Positions 38,658 through 47,597 of a stretch of DNA of 64,000 nt are shown here, one piece after another. The notes under the pieces were generated by a model. The model was not told the origin of the DNA. It searched no databases and saw only the letters and a program-made list of their open reading frames with translations. The position numbers were made by a program, and so were the translations under genes. The stretch's first letter is position 1, and the number at the start of each line of letters is the position of its first letter. Source of the DNA: Aquificaceae bacterium (lineage in GTDB: Bacteria; Aquificota; Aquificia; Aquificales; Aquificaceae); NCBI GenBank assembly GCA_037924335.1, contig JAXSMZ010000002.1, forward strand, positions 91,255 to 155,254, read 5' to 3'.

Positions 38658-38875
38658 GAAACCTCCACAAGAAGGCTCTCCTTTTCAAAGGAGAGATGAA
38701 TTGTGGAAATATGATTAAAATCATACAACAAAAACAAAGAAAAAATTATTATAATAATAATAATAATAATAATATCCTCTGGTATGCGGGATATAGCATA
38801 CCCTACCGTTGGACTGACGGGAAGTTAAGCCCTGAGGAAGGGAAGCTCCTCATTTTAATGAGGAGAGGAAGTCAC
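38658..38875 (+). mobile_element. Non-autonomous IS200/IS605-type mini-element B (second subfamily, TTAC target)
   Basis: Follows TTTAC; LE CCACAA-GAAGG-CTCTCCTTT-TC-AAAGGAGAG-ATGAA-TTGTGG; TACCGTTGGACTGACGGGAAGTTAAGCC scaffold; RE GAAG-CTCCTCATT-TT-AATGAGGAG-AGGAAGTCAC; excision restores the host frame. Confidence 0.82.
38753..38773. repeat. (AAT)7 microsatellite inside element B
   Basis: Seven perfect AAT units overlapping a TATAAT at 38750-38755. Confidence 0.9.
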
Positions 38876-38940
38876 CTACAACGATGAGAATATCTCCTTC
38901 CTTAATTATTGTCTGCGATGATTGTATGAGCCATTTTTAA

Positions 38941-39155
38941 CACAACTTTTTGCAAGAAGTCTCCGAGATGAATTGCAAAAAACTTGACAAAGAAAGGAAA
39001 ATAAAATACAATATAAAAAGTCCTGATAACCAAAGGAATGGGCTCACTCACCTAACGGGTGGTAGGGCAGGGACTGTCCGAACTCAAGCCTGTGGAGAGG
39101 TGAAAAACCTCTATAAAGCAGGAAGCTCCCACTTCTATAAGTGGGAATAGTTCAC
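38941..39155 (+). mobile_element. Non-autonomous IS200/IS605-type mini-element C (same family as A; 15-nt deletion in the LE hairpin)
   Basis: Follows TTTAA; collinear with element A; ends AGTTCAC. Confidence 0.85.
38984..39012 (+). promoter_or_regulatory. sigma70 promoter inside mini-element C
   Basis: TTGACA-N17-TACAAT at the same position as in A, with a diverged spacer. Confidence 0.8.
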
Positions 39156-39228
39156 CTTTTCAATTATCATATATCCAATAGTACCGAAGGCTAAGACTAC
39201 AAAAAGTAAATCCTTAGATGACTATTCA

Positions 39229-40011
39229 TCACATGTTTTTAAAACCCAGAAGCTCTCTTAGCTTTTCAGCTGGATCCTCACTCCTCATTAGACTGGTACC
39301 TATCAGGAAGGCATCCACTCCCAAGCTTTGGATCTCTTCTATCTCCTGCCTTTTGCTTATGCCACTTTCAGCTATCAAAAAAGGAGCTCCCATTCTCTTT
39401 ATATGAGGTGCCAACCTTTTGGAAAGACTTATGTCCACTTTTAGGGTCTCCAAGTCTCTGTTGTTTATGCCTATGACCCTTGCTCCGTGCTTTAGGGAAA
39501 GCTCCGCCTCTTGAAGGCTAAAGACTTCAACTAATGGCATGAGGGAAAGCTCATAGGAGTAAGCTATGAGGTCTTTTAGCCTTACCTCATCTAGCATACG
39601 GACTATCAAAAGTACTCCATCTGCTCCAAATGCTTTTGCCTCTTCTACCTGAACTTCATCAATGATAAAGTCTTTTCTAAGTATAGGTATGCTGACCTTC
39701 CGTCTTACCTCTTTTATGTCTTCCAGAGATCCTTTGAAAAAGCCTCTGTCTGTCAAAACAGATACAGCCACTGCACCAGCCCTTTGATATATCTGTGCTT
39801 GATCACTTGCAGACACATCCTTTATATCACCAGCAGATGGAGACGCTCTCTTTACCTCTGCTATGACCTTAGTCCCTTCCTTTTTTAACGCATCTTCAAA
39901 GGATGGAAAAACCTCCCTCTCTTCTATAAGCTCCCAGAGCTTTTTTCTGTAATCTCTTTCCCTATTTATCTCTTCCCTCTTTACTTGTGCTATCCTCTCA
40001 AGAAAGCTCAT
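39229..40011 (-). CDS. trpC: Indole-3-glycerol phosphate synthase
   Basis: IAEVKRASPS, SVLTD..FF.GS, LRKDFI, IGINNRDL, AESGI. Confidence 0.96.
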   Translation of the reverse strand: MSFLERIAQVKREEINRERDYRKKLWELIEEREVFPSFEDALKKEGTKVIAEVKRASPSAGDIKDVSASDQAQIYQRAGAVAVSVLTDRGFFKGSLEDIKEVRRKVSIPILRKDFIIDEVQVEEAKAFGADGVLLIVRMLDEVRLKDLIAYSYELSLMPLVEVFSLQEAELSLKHGARVIGINNRDLETLKVDISLSKRLAPHIKRMGAPFLIAESGISKRQEIEEIQSLGVDAFLIGTSLMRSEDPAEKLRELLGFKNM

Positions 40012-40598
40012 TCAGGATAAACCTTTCTGTAAGACCTACCTTCCTTCCTGTATATGGCCTCTACTCCAAAACCTTCGGACTGGAGTTCTTTGTAAACCTT
40101 TCTGGCTTCATCATAGCCCCTTATGGCCAATACTACGCCACACCTTGGGTCTATCTCGTCTGGGATCGGTATTAGCTTTGCTCTCCCTTTGAGGAACTTT
40201 TCAGCCCTTGTTCCTTCCGATATGGCAACAAAGGTTATAAAATAGTCTGGCTTTTTTATGAAAGGGTTTATACGTATTAGGAACTCCCTTATGTGAAGCT
40301 TTACACCCAAGGAATGAAACTTTATCCAGTATATGAGAGACGGCTCTTGGGAGGAAGATGTCTTCTTTATGACAGCTATAGTCTTTTCTCCTTCCTTACT
40401 TAAGCTTAAAAGCTCATTGCCCGTCTGCTGGCACCAGCTCATTATGTCCCTTTCAAAGCCTGGGTCTGTAGACACAACCTGCAAAGCTTGCCCCTCTTCT
40501 AACCTCTTTACATGCTCCGATGTCATAACAATGGGGAGGGGGCACACAAGTCCAGAAAGGTCAAGCACTTTAACTTCCTCTTTTTCTATAACTTGCAT
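40008..40598 (-). CDS. TusA-family sulfur carrier fused to a DUF3343-like domain
   Basis: LDLSGLVCPLP, STDPG...DI..W; C-terminal LIPIP.EI...CG. Confidence 0.75.
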   Translation of the reverse strand: MQVIEKEEVKVLDLSGLVCPLPIVMTSEHVKRLEEGQALQVVSTDPGFERDIMSWCQQTGNELLSLSKEGEKTIAVIKKTSSSQEPSLIYWIKFHSLGVKLHIREFLIRINPFIKKPDYFITFVAISEGTRAEKFLKGRAKLIPIPDEIDPRCGVVLAIRGYDEARKVYKELQSEGFGVEAIYRKEGRSYRKVYPE

Positions 40599-40607
40599 GA
40601 TAGCACC

Positions 40608-41465
40608 TCACACAGCAAGCCTTTCCGTATCTTTTTTAACATTGTCATCAAAACCTACTATATATAAATTTAACAGCTTTGCAGACTTTTCAAGACTCCT
40701 CATCTTATCCTTATCATGGACTTCAAAGGGATTCTCCATATAGAAGACCACATAGGCGCATCCTTTTTCAAAAAAAAGGGGGACATAAAGCGCCGAGTTG
40801 GCAGTATCCACGATGGACTCCCTGTGAGAGATCTCTTTTTTGGGAACTATGGCTATCTTTTTGAGTGAAAATCTCTCCTTTATATGCTTGAGATACTCCT
40901 CCGGTGATGTGTCTTTAAATGCACTCTCCAGTATGAAAGATAAATCCTCCTTCTCCTTTTTCTCTCTTTCAAGGGTTGGTATGTACCTTGTAAGCTCCCT
41001 GTAAGATGACCTTAGTTTTTTTATGTAGTACCTCTCCTTACGTAGGCTTTCCGTCAAATCTGGGGACAATGGAGCTAAGAATAGGGCTAAAAGGAGGGGG
41101 ATATAAAAAGCGTTTGATATGCCACCCATATAAAGAAGGAGGACAGCACTACCCCAGAAGAGAAGGAGAGAAACGGCTATATCCCTGTTTATGTAAAAGA
41201 CAGCTGGCACGTAAAGGGAAAATACAGTCCTTACATCCCCTGAGGTCAAGCAAAGTGCTGGAAGCATAATAACGTCAACGAACTTCTTGAGCTTTCCCCC
41301 CCTTGAAGGGTGAAGGTAGAAGAGTATGGAAAGGCTTATGTAAAGGGTGCTTAGAACAAGGAGGGTGGATTTTGGACCTATGGGCTTACCAAAAGCTATG
41401 AGAACAAAGAAGAGTGCTATAAGAAGCCTTACAGTAAGTAATACAATGTTTACATCTCTAAACAC
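40608..41465 (-). CDS. Hypothetical membrane protein with soluble C-terminal domain
   Basis: N-terminal hydrophobic helices followed by a coiled coil and a globular region. Confidence 0.6.
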   Translation of the reverse strand: MFRDVNIVLLTVRLLIALFFVLIAFGKPIGPKSTLLVLSTLYISLSILFYLHPSRGGKLKKFVDVIMLPALCLTSGDVRTVFSLYVPAVFYINRDIAVSLLLFWGSAVLLLYMGGISNAFYIPLLLALFLAPLSPDLTESLRKERYYIKKLRSSYRELTRYIPTLEREKKEKEDLSFILESAFKDTSPEEYLKHIKERFSLKKIAIVPKKEISHRESIVDTANSALYVPLFFEKGCAYVVFYMENPFEVHDKDKMRSLEKSAKLLNLYIVGFDDNVKKDTERLAV

Positions 41466-41474
41466 AGTAATATT

Positions 41475-41738
41475 TTATTCAACCTCCACCTTTTTGACTC
41501 TATCCTTCTTCTTTTCTTCCTTCCCCTCGACCTTCTTTTCAATTTCAGATACCTTATAGTCCATTAGAGTTTTGAAGACCTTAAGTATTGAAAGTTCAGC
41601 CATGTAGAGATTCTTTATTACCTCTCTCCTTACCTCTTTTGGTGGCAAAAAAAACTCAAAAAGCTTAAGGAAGCTCTTTTCAAGCTCTTTTACTTGCTCC
41701 TCCAAGCTCTCCGGTTTCAACTCCTCCTTCTCTGCCAT
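41475..41738 (-). CDS. Small hypothetical protein
   Basis: Charged helical ORF in operon orientation, ending KKVEVE. Confidence 0.6.
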   Translation of the reverse strand: MAEKEELKPESLEEQVKELEKSFLKLFEFFLPPKEVRREVIKNLYMAELSILKVFKTLMDYKVSEIEKKVEGKEEKKKDRVKKVEVE

Positions 41739-41748
41739 ACTATAAAAT

Positions 41749-42477
41749 TTATTCCTTCATAAGCAGCATAAACTCCCTTATTGCCCTCTCAAGACCAAAT
41801 ATGACAGAGTTGGACACAATTGAGTGCCCAACGTTTAGCTCCTCCACTATTCCAGAAAGTTCTTTTACAAAAGGCTTTACGTTGTAATAGGTGAGTCCAT
41901 GTCCAGCGTAAACTTTCAGTCCCAAGTCCTTAGCTTCAAGCCCAGCTTTTTTTATCCTCTCTATCTCTTCTTTGGCTTCGTCAAAACGATGGTTTGCCCA
42001 AAGGTTCGCATACCTTCCAGTATGAATCTCCACAGCATAAGCTCCAACTTCCTTAGAAGCCAATATCTGACCTCTTTCTGGCTCGACAAACAAAGATACT
42101 TCTATGCCTGCCTTGATAAAGTCCTTTACATACTCTGTAAGGTACTCTTTCATGGCTGATATGTTCAGGCCACCCTCTGTGGTTATCTCCTCCCTTCTCT
42201 CTGGAACTAGAGTCACTCTGTCTGGTTTAACTCTTAATGCTATAGACTTCATCTCCTCTACTGGTGCCATCTCTAAGTTTATAGGTATGATGCAAAGGTT
42301 CTTTATAAGCTCTAAGTCCTTGTCCTGTATGTGCCTCCTGTCTTCCCTCAGGTGAAGAGTGATCTGATCTGCTCCAGATTGTTGAACAATAAGGGCTGCA
42401 AAGACAGGATTTGGTTCAAAAGTCTTTCTAACCTGCCTCAACGTAGCAACATGGTCTATGTTCACACCCAACCTCAT
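41749..42477 (-). CDS. pdxJ: Pyridoxine 5'-phosphate synthase
   Basis: LGVNIDHVATLRQ, HLREDRRHI, TTEGG, AGHGL, ELNVGHSI. Confidence 0.96.
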   Translation of the reverse strand: MRLGVNIDHVATLRQVRKTFEPNPVFAALIVQQSGADQITLHLREDRRHIQDKDLELIKNLCIIPINLEMAPVEEMKSIALRVKPDRVTLVPERREEITTEGGLNISAMKEYLTEYVKDFIKAGIEVSLFVEPERGQILASKEVGAYAVEIHTGRYANLWANHRFDEAKEEIERIKKAGLEAKDLGLKVYAGHGLTYYNVKPFVKELSGIVEELNVGHSIVSNSVIFGLERAIREFMLLMKE

Positions 42478-42516
42478 ATAATGCAATTATAAACAAATAG
42501 AATTAAACTATTATTT

Positions 42517-42822
42517 ATGGACTTTCCAGAGATTGCACTCATACTGATCGTGGCTCTTATATTCCTTGGACCGGAGAAAATGATGGAGCTTGCCACAAAG
42601 CTGGGAGAACTCCTAAGAAAGTTAAGAGAAACGTGGGACGAGCTAAGGTACCAAATGTACATGGAAGAGATAAACAGAAAGGTTATGAAAGAACAAGAAG
42701 ATATGTCCATAGATGATGTAAAGGAGGAGCAACAAAAAGAGGTAGAAGATGATGGAAAAGCAAGAACTTCCCAAGATGCCCCTGACGGAACATCTGAAGG
42801 AACTCAGAAGCAGACTGATTAA
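42517..42822 (+). CDS. tatB: Twin-arginine translocase TatB/TatA-family subunit
   Basis: EI.LILIVALIFLGPEK, amphipathic helix, upstream of tatC. Confidence 0.8.
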   Translation: MDFPEIALILIVALIFLGPEKMMELATKLGELLRKLRETWDELRYQMYMEEINRKVMKEQEDMSIDDVKEEQQKEVEDDGKARTSQDAPDGTSEGTQKQTD

Positions 42823-43504
42823 ATCCATACTTGCTCTGCTTGTAGCTACAGGAGCTGTTTTTTACTTTGCAAGCTATCTGTTTGAAGTGCTTAAAGAACC
42901 AGTCAAGAAGTCCTATCCTAATGTAGAGCTCATAACTCTTTCTCCCACAGAACCTCTCTTTATACTTATCAAGATCTCATTAGTATTTGGATTTATAGTA
43001 GCTTCACCAGCTATACTCTACCAAGTATGGCGATTTGTAGAACCAGCCATGTATCCCAACGAAAAGAAGCTTATTCTACCTTTGACCTTTTTCTCCATAA
43101 TACTCTTCCTTCTTGGAGCAAGCTTTGCGTATTTTGCGGTGCTCCCCATAGCCCTTAAGTTTCTCATAGGAATTGGTTTCTCTCAGCTCGGAGCTACACC
43201 TTTCTTATCCGTTGACATGTACATTTCCTTTTTACTTAAGATGATCATAGGTTTTGGAATAGCCTTTGAGATGCCAATATTCCTGTACCTCTTGCAAAGG
43301 GCTGGAGTGGTCACAGAGAGCCAGCTTAAAAGCTTTAGGAAGTATTTTATAGTTATAGCCTTTACAGTTGGAGCTCTTATAGCTCCAGACGTTACAACCC
43401 AGGTTCTCATGGCCATACCTCTCATGATTCTGTACGAAGCTTCTATAATTGCTGGAAAGCTTGCTGTTAGAAACAGAAAGAAGGCCATTGAGGTAGTCCA
43501 ATAA
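42752..43504 (+). CDS. tatC: Twin-arginine translocase TatC
   Basis: MPLTEHL.ELR.RL, YQ.W.FV.P..Y..EK, FEMP, PD...Q. Confidence 0.95.
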   Translation: MEKQELPKMPLTEHLKELRSRLIKSILALLVATGAVFYFASYLFEVLKEPVKKSYPNVELITLSPTEPLFILIKISLVFGFIVASPAILYQVWRFVEPAMYPNEKKLILPLTFFSIILFLLGASFAYFAVLPIALKFLIGIGFSQLGATPFLSVDMYISFLLKMIIGFGIAFEMPIFLYLLQRAGVVTESQLKSFRKYFIVIAFTVGALIAPDVTTQVLMAIPLMILYEASIIAGKLAVRNRKKAIEVVQ

Positions 43505-44442
43505 TGAAGGTACTTATAACAGGATCTACGGGCTTTGTGGGAAAGTACATAGTGAATAAACTGCTGGAAGAAGGTTATGAAGTTGCATCCGCCGTTAGAA
43601 ACATAAAGAAGCTCCAAAGGCTTTACGGAAACAGTGTAAAGGGATATAAAGTAGACTTTGAGAACGAAGAATCCTTGAAGGAAGCCTTTGAAGACTTCAG
43701 ACCAGACTTTGTTGTACACCTTATAGGCATTCTTTATGAGGAGAGGTCAAAGGGAGTAACCTTTCAAAAAGTGCACTACCTTTATTCAAAAAACCTTTAT
43801 AAGGTGGCAAAGGGTTTTGACATAAAGAAAGTTGTTCATATGAGCACCTTGGGAACAGACGGGTCTTCTCCATCCTCTTATCACAAAACCAAGTACTGGG
43901 CTGAGCAGGAGCTTGTAAACTCTGGTATTAACTACACCATATTCAGACCGTCCATCATACTTGGGCCTGAGCAGAGACTCTTCTATGACATGTGGAAGAT
44001 AACAAAATATATACCAATCGTGGCGCTTCCTGACTTTGGAAGCTATAGGTTTCAGCCGGTAGATGTTAGGGATGTAGCCTGCTGTTTTGTAAAGGCACTC
44101 TCCAACAAGGAGACAGACAAGAAGATATACGAAGTATGCGGAAATAAAAGGGTTAGCTTCAAAAAACTATTGGATGATATGTTTTCACTCCTTGGTAGAA
44201 GGGTCTTACTTTTACCAGTTCCTAAGTTCATCATGTACGTTGGGGGGTTGATTATGGAGAGAATCTTTGAGCCACCACTTTTTAGCTCTGACCAGATGCT
44301 TATGATGTGGAGGGAGAACATATGCGGGTTAAGCTCTGATGTACAAGCCCATGCTGTGGAAAGCGTGTGTGAGAAAGAACCAATAGGCTACGAGGAGTCA
44401 TTAAGGTGGAGCATAGAAGAGTTTTTGAAAAGGGTGAAATGA
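43504..44442 (+). CDS. NAD-dependent epimerase/SDR, NDUFA9-like
   Basis: [35 protein letters not shown]. Confidence 0.82.
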   Translation: MKVLITGSTGFVGKYIVNKLLEEGYEVASAVRNIKKLQRLYGNSVKGYKVDFENEESLKEAFEDFRPDFVVHLIGILYEERSKGVTFQKVHYLYSKNLYKVAKGFDIKKVVHMSTLGTDGSSPSSYHKTKYWAEQELVNSGINYTIFRPSIILGPEQRLFYDMWKITKYIPIVALPDFGSYRFQPVDVRDVACCFVKALSNKETDKKIYEVCGNKRVSFKKLLDDMFSLLGRRVLLLPVPKFIMYVGGLIMERIFEPPLFSSDQMLMMWRENICGLSSDVQAHAVESVCEKEPIGYEESLRWSIEEFLKRVK

Positions 44443-45383
44443 AAGAAGATTCTGTTGACCTATCTGTCCATCTCTTTGGAATAACCTTTAAAAATCCCGT
44501 TTGGGTAGCTTCTGGAACCTTTGGGTATGGAGTCGAGGCTACGGAGCTTTATGATGTATCAAAGCTTGGAGCTGTCGTCACAAAGGGAATATCCTTAAAG
44601 CCAAGGGAGGGAAATCCGCCAGAGAGGATAGCGGAAACTCCATGCGGTATGCTAAACTCCATAGGTCTTCAAAACCCTGGAGTTGATGATTTCTTAAAGA
44701 AGATATACCCAGTTGTAAAGGGTATAGACACGCATTTTATAGCCAACGTCTTTGGAGAGACAGAAGAAGAGTATGTAGAGGTTTGCTTAGCTCTTGAAGG
44801 TGCTGATAAGATAGTAGCTTACGAGCTTAACGTCTCCTGCCCTAATGTAAAGAAGGGGGGCATAGCTTTTGGACACGATATGGGGGTTTTGGGTAGGCTC
44901 GTTAGCAAGATAAAGGCAAAAACAAAAAAACCTTTGCTTGTCAAGCTTTCACCAAACGTTGGAGACATAAAGAAGTTTGCCAGAGTGTGCGTAGAAAACG
45001 GAGCTGACGGGTTGGTCCTCATAAACACCCTCTTGGGTATGAAGATAGACATAAGCTCCCAAAAACCTGAGCTTTCCACTTTAACCGGCGGTCTTTCTGG
45101 TCCTGCCATACTTCCAATAGCAGTAAGGATGGTTTGGGAAGCTTACTCAGAAGTAGGTTATTATGTGCCGATAGTTGGAGTGGGTGGCATACACAACGCT
45201 AACTCTGCCCTTGAGCATGTTCTGGCTGGTGCAACTGCAGTTCAAGTGGGAACTGCCAACTTCTTTGACCCATTCACTCCTCTAAAGGTAATAGATGGTA
45301 TAAAAGAATTTATGCTCAGAAAAGGTGAGAAGAAGTTTGAGAACCTTGTAGGGAAAGCTCATAGAGCTCTAATCCGCTTTTGA
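44439..45383 (+). CDS. pyrD: Dihydroorotate dehydrogenase, catalytic subunit (family 1)
   Basis: [40 protein letters not shown]. Confidence 0.94.
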   Translation: MKEDSVDLSVHLFGITFKNPVWVASGTFGYGVEATELYDVSKLGAVVTKGISLKPREGNPPERIAETPCGMLNSIGLQNPGVDDFLKKIYPVVKGIDTHFIANVFGETEEEYVEVCLALEGADKIVAYELNVSCPNVKKGGIAFGHDMGVLGRLVSKIKAKTKKPLLVKLSPNVGDIKKFARVCVENGADGLVLINTLLGMKIDISSQKPELSTLTGGLSGPAILPIAVRMVWEAYSEVGYYVPIVGVGGIHNANSALEHVLAGATAVQVGTANFFDPFTPLKVIDGIKEFMLRKGEKKFENLVGKAHRALIRF

Positions 45384-46374
45384 CCAAAGGCTCAACATCT
45401 TCCTCCTTTGACAGAACTATGCACCTTACCCATTCATGATGGTGGTAAGAAGCTGGAAAGTGCCTGACGAATATTCCCAGAGTTGGGACTCTCAAAGCTA
45501 CAGCCATATGGTAAGGGCCGCTGTCAGTAGATAGGAAAAGGGAGAATAGCCTCAGGAGTCCTGGTAGCTCAAGTATGTCTGTAGCCCCTGCCAGGTCGTA
45601 CGCTGGTAGTGGATAACCTTCTAAAAACTCATCGTTTATATCCTTCTCAAAATGGGCACCGGTAAGAACAAGAAGGGTTTTTGTTTGCCTTTGGAGCTTT
45701 TCAACAGCTCTTCTTAGAAGCCTAATGTTTGGGCGCTTCCATAGAGCATCCGGTGTACCACAACCTATGTTCAATCCCATAAGCCTTGATTGTTCTGGAA
45801 TCCCAAACCTTTGAAAAAAGCTCTCTCTAAACCTTATGGCTTCTTCCGTCTCTTTTAGCTCTATGGGTGTGCCTTTGCGCTCTATTCCCAGGTACTTTAA
45901 AGCTACAAAGTACCTGTCTGTGTAGTCTAAACTGTTTAAGACCTTCCTTGAAGATGGAGATGACATGCTGTAGAAGAATTTCCTGAAGGGGATCTCAGCA
46001 ATACCCAACGTCTTAATTCTGTACTTGATCCTTGCATAAAGGCAAAGCACGGAGCTTTTGAGTCCATGGGGTTCAAAGTCTATTATGAGTTCTGGCCTTA
46101 TCTTCCTTACCAAAGCATCAAACTCTTCTATAAACCTTTTCCAGTCCTTCATACCTCTTATGCTCTTGTCTATAATATGAAAGGAAGAAAGAAGATGATG
46201 CTTAGACATTAACCTCTCGGAAACATATCCCCTGTCCTTTGTAAGAAAGAGAAGGTGCAGCCGAGCTTTTGGGATTCTGTTCTTTAGAGCTTTCCAGCTT
46301 GCACTTCCCCTTAGCAGATCGCCTATGCCGGCCGAATGACCCATTACCATGAGTATGTCTTTAGGATCTTCCAT
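45316..46374 (-). CDS. Glycosyltransferase family 9 (LPS heptosyltransferase-like)
   Basis: GIGD.L, DLAG.T...[16 protein letters not shown]. Confidence 0.85.
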   Translation of the reverse strand: MEDPKDILMVMGHSAGIGDLLRGSASWKALKNRIPKARLHLLFLTKDRGYVSERLMSKHHLLSSFHIIDKSIRGMKDWKRFIEEFDALVRKIRPELIIDFEPHGLKSSVLCLYARIKYRIKTLGIAEIPFRKFFYSMSSPSSRKVLNSLDYTDRYFVALKYLGIERKGTPIELKETEEAIRFRESFFQRFGIPEQSRLMGLNIGCGTPDALWKRPNIRLLRRAVEKLQRQTKTLLVLTGAHFEKDINDEFLEGYPLPAYDLAGATDILELPGLLRLFSLFLSTDSGPYHMAVALRVPTLGIFVRHFPASYHHHEWVRCIVLSKEEDVEPLVKSGLELYELSLQGSQTSSHLF

Positions 46375-47485
46375 AGTTCTCCACCATCCTAAAATAAAAA
46401 AAGTACAAGGGAAGCAAGGCATCCCAAAAACCTGTAAATAAAGAGCCTATAAACATCAAAGATGGCATAAGAAGGAAGGGCAAAAGAAGAAACTCCTCCA
46501 CTTTGAACCTAAAAAGGAAACTGAAGTATGCGAAAAAGATCCAAAGGATGCCGACGATGCCCAAAATCCCCCTTTCTATCAGTTCGGAGACAAATATAAC
46601 AGATTCATATGTGTTTCCTATGGCTGGCTTGACCTTTAGGCGTTCGCCAGGATTTATGCCATGGCCTATAAAAAGGGGTAAAAGGTCTACCTTTTGCACA
46701 TCCCTTTTTATGACTTCTATACCCGCTCTTAAGTTGTTCAATCTTACGCTGGAGATGGTGTTTAGTGTCTCCTGATTCAACTCTTGGTCGCCAACAAAAA
46801 CCCTGTATAGGACTTGAAATCTTACATCCTTTTGTACAAACAAGTAAGAGAAGGACATACCTATGAGCAGGAAAGATAGCCAGACGGCTATCATGTATCT
46901 GAGCCTTATAAGCCTTCTGATTAGGAAGAAAAATAAGACAAGCGTGATACCCAAGCCTAACATAACAGACCTTCTACTGCTAAAGAAAACAAAGGAGATG
47001 AAAAAAAAGAAAAGCATAAGATGCTTTAGTCTTCTTGTCTTTAAAAAGAGGGATAGGGAGGATAAGGAAAAGAGAGAATAAAAGGTTCCAACTTCGAACC
47101 ATCCACCCCAAAGGGGTGCTGGCTCACCAGTAGTAATAAACCTGTACAGAACTACTGGGGTCAGAGCTATACCTATAAGGATGAGAAGGAGATTAAGCCT
47201 GTAAAGATAGCCTTCATCGGCCTTTACCCTTGAGCCAGCTGGATATAGGAAAAGGAAAAAACTTCTCTCAATGCCTTTGTCCATTAGGTTTGGTGCAAAA
47301 ATAAGCGTTGAGAGAAAGGTGGGTATGGCATAGAGTAAGAGGGGAACCATGAGAATACCTTTCGGTATCTCTCTCCTTCTTATGCAGAAGAGAGAATAGT
47401 AAAGGAGTATCAAGATAAGAGTAGCTTCAAAGAAGGTTATTGAGACAAAGGCAAGTAATGTAAGCAGTAAAACAACCAAGTTCAT
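46361..47485 (-). CDS. O-antigen ligase/polymerase-like membrane protein
   Basis: Multi-TM, SSRRS..LG, R.......G.G, E.GILG; adjacent to the GT9 gene. Confidence 0.7.
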   Translation of the reverse strand: MNLVVLLLTLLAFVSITFFEATLILILLYYSLFCIRRREIPKGILMVPLLLYAIPTFLSTLIFAPNLMDKGIERSFFLFLYPAGSRVKADEGYLYRLNLLLILIGIALTPVVLYRFITTGEPAPLWGGWFEVGTFYSLFSLSSLSLFLKTRRLKHLMLFFFFISFVFFSSRRSVMLGLGITLVLFFFLIRRLIRLRYMIAVWLSFLLIGMSFSYLFVQKDVRFQVLYRVFVGDQELNQETLNTISSVRLNNLRAGIEVIKRDVQKVDLLPLFIGHGINPGERLKVKPAIGNTYESVIFVSELIERGILGIVGILWIFFAYFSFLFRFKVEEFLLLPFLLMPSLMFIGSLFTGFWDALLPLYFFYFRMVENYGRS

Positions 47486-47597
47486 TTATCAATTTTAACA
47501 TTAGTCCTGAGTGTATAAGTCGCAAATAAAAATGTTTTTAAGCCCACCGTGAGGGATGGTGACAGGTAAAGTTTTTTATGAGATAATTGTTTAACCT

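Larger units (their letters stand above)
38611..39229 (-). pseudogene. Decayed K+ channel gene (TM N-terminus plus RCK/TrkA-C end), interrupted by mini-elements B and C and mostly deleted
   Basis: ATG overlaps the trpC stop (TGATG); remnants read LLFVVLAFGTIGYMIIEK and SSQTIIKEGDILIVV|GKTDKLSQLEKIARG* once element B is removed. Confidence 0.7.

Noticed and set aside
38658..39155. CRISPR array interpretation of the repeated hairpins
   Set aside because: There are no short identical direct repeats with regular spacers and no cas genes. The repeats match IS200/IS605 end architecture.
47500..47565. TAGTCCTGAGTGTATAAGTC and a CACC/GGTG hairpin upstream of accC as a possible IS end or riboswitch
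   Set aside because: No partner inverted repeat or second copy in the window and no recognisable riboswitch core.
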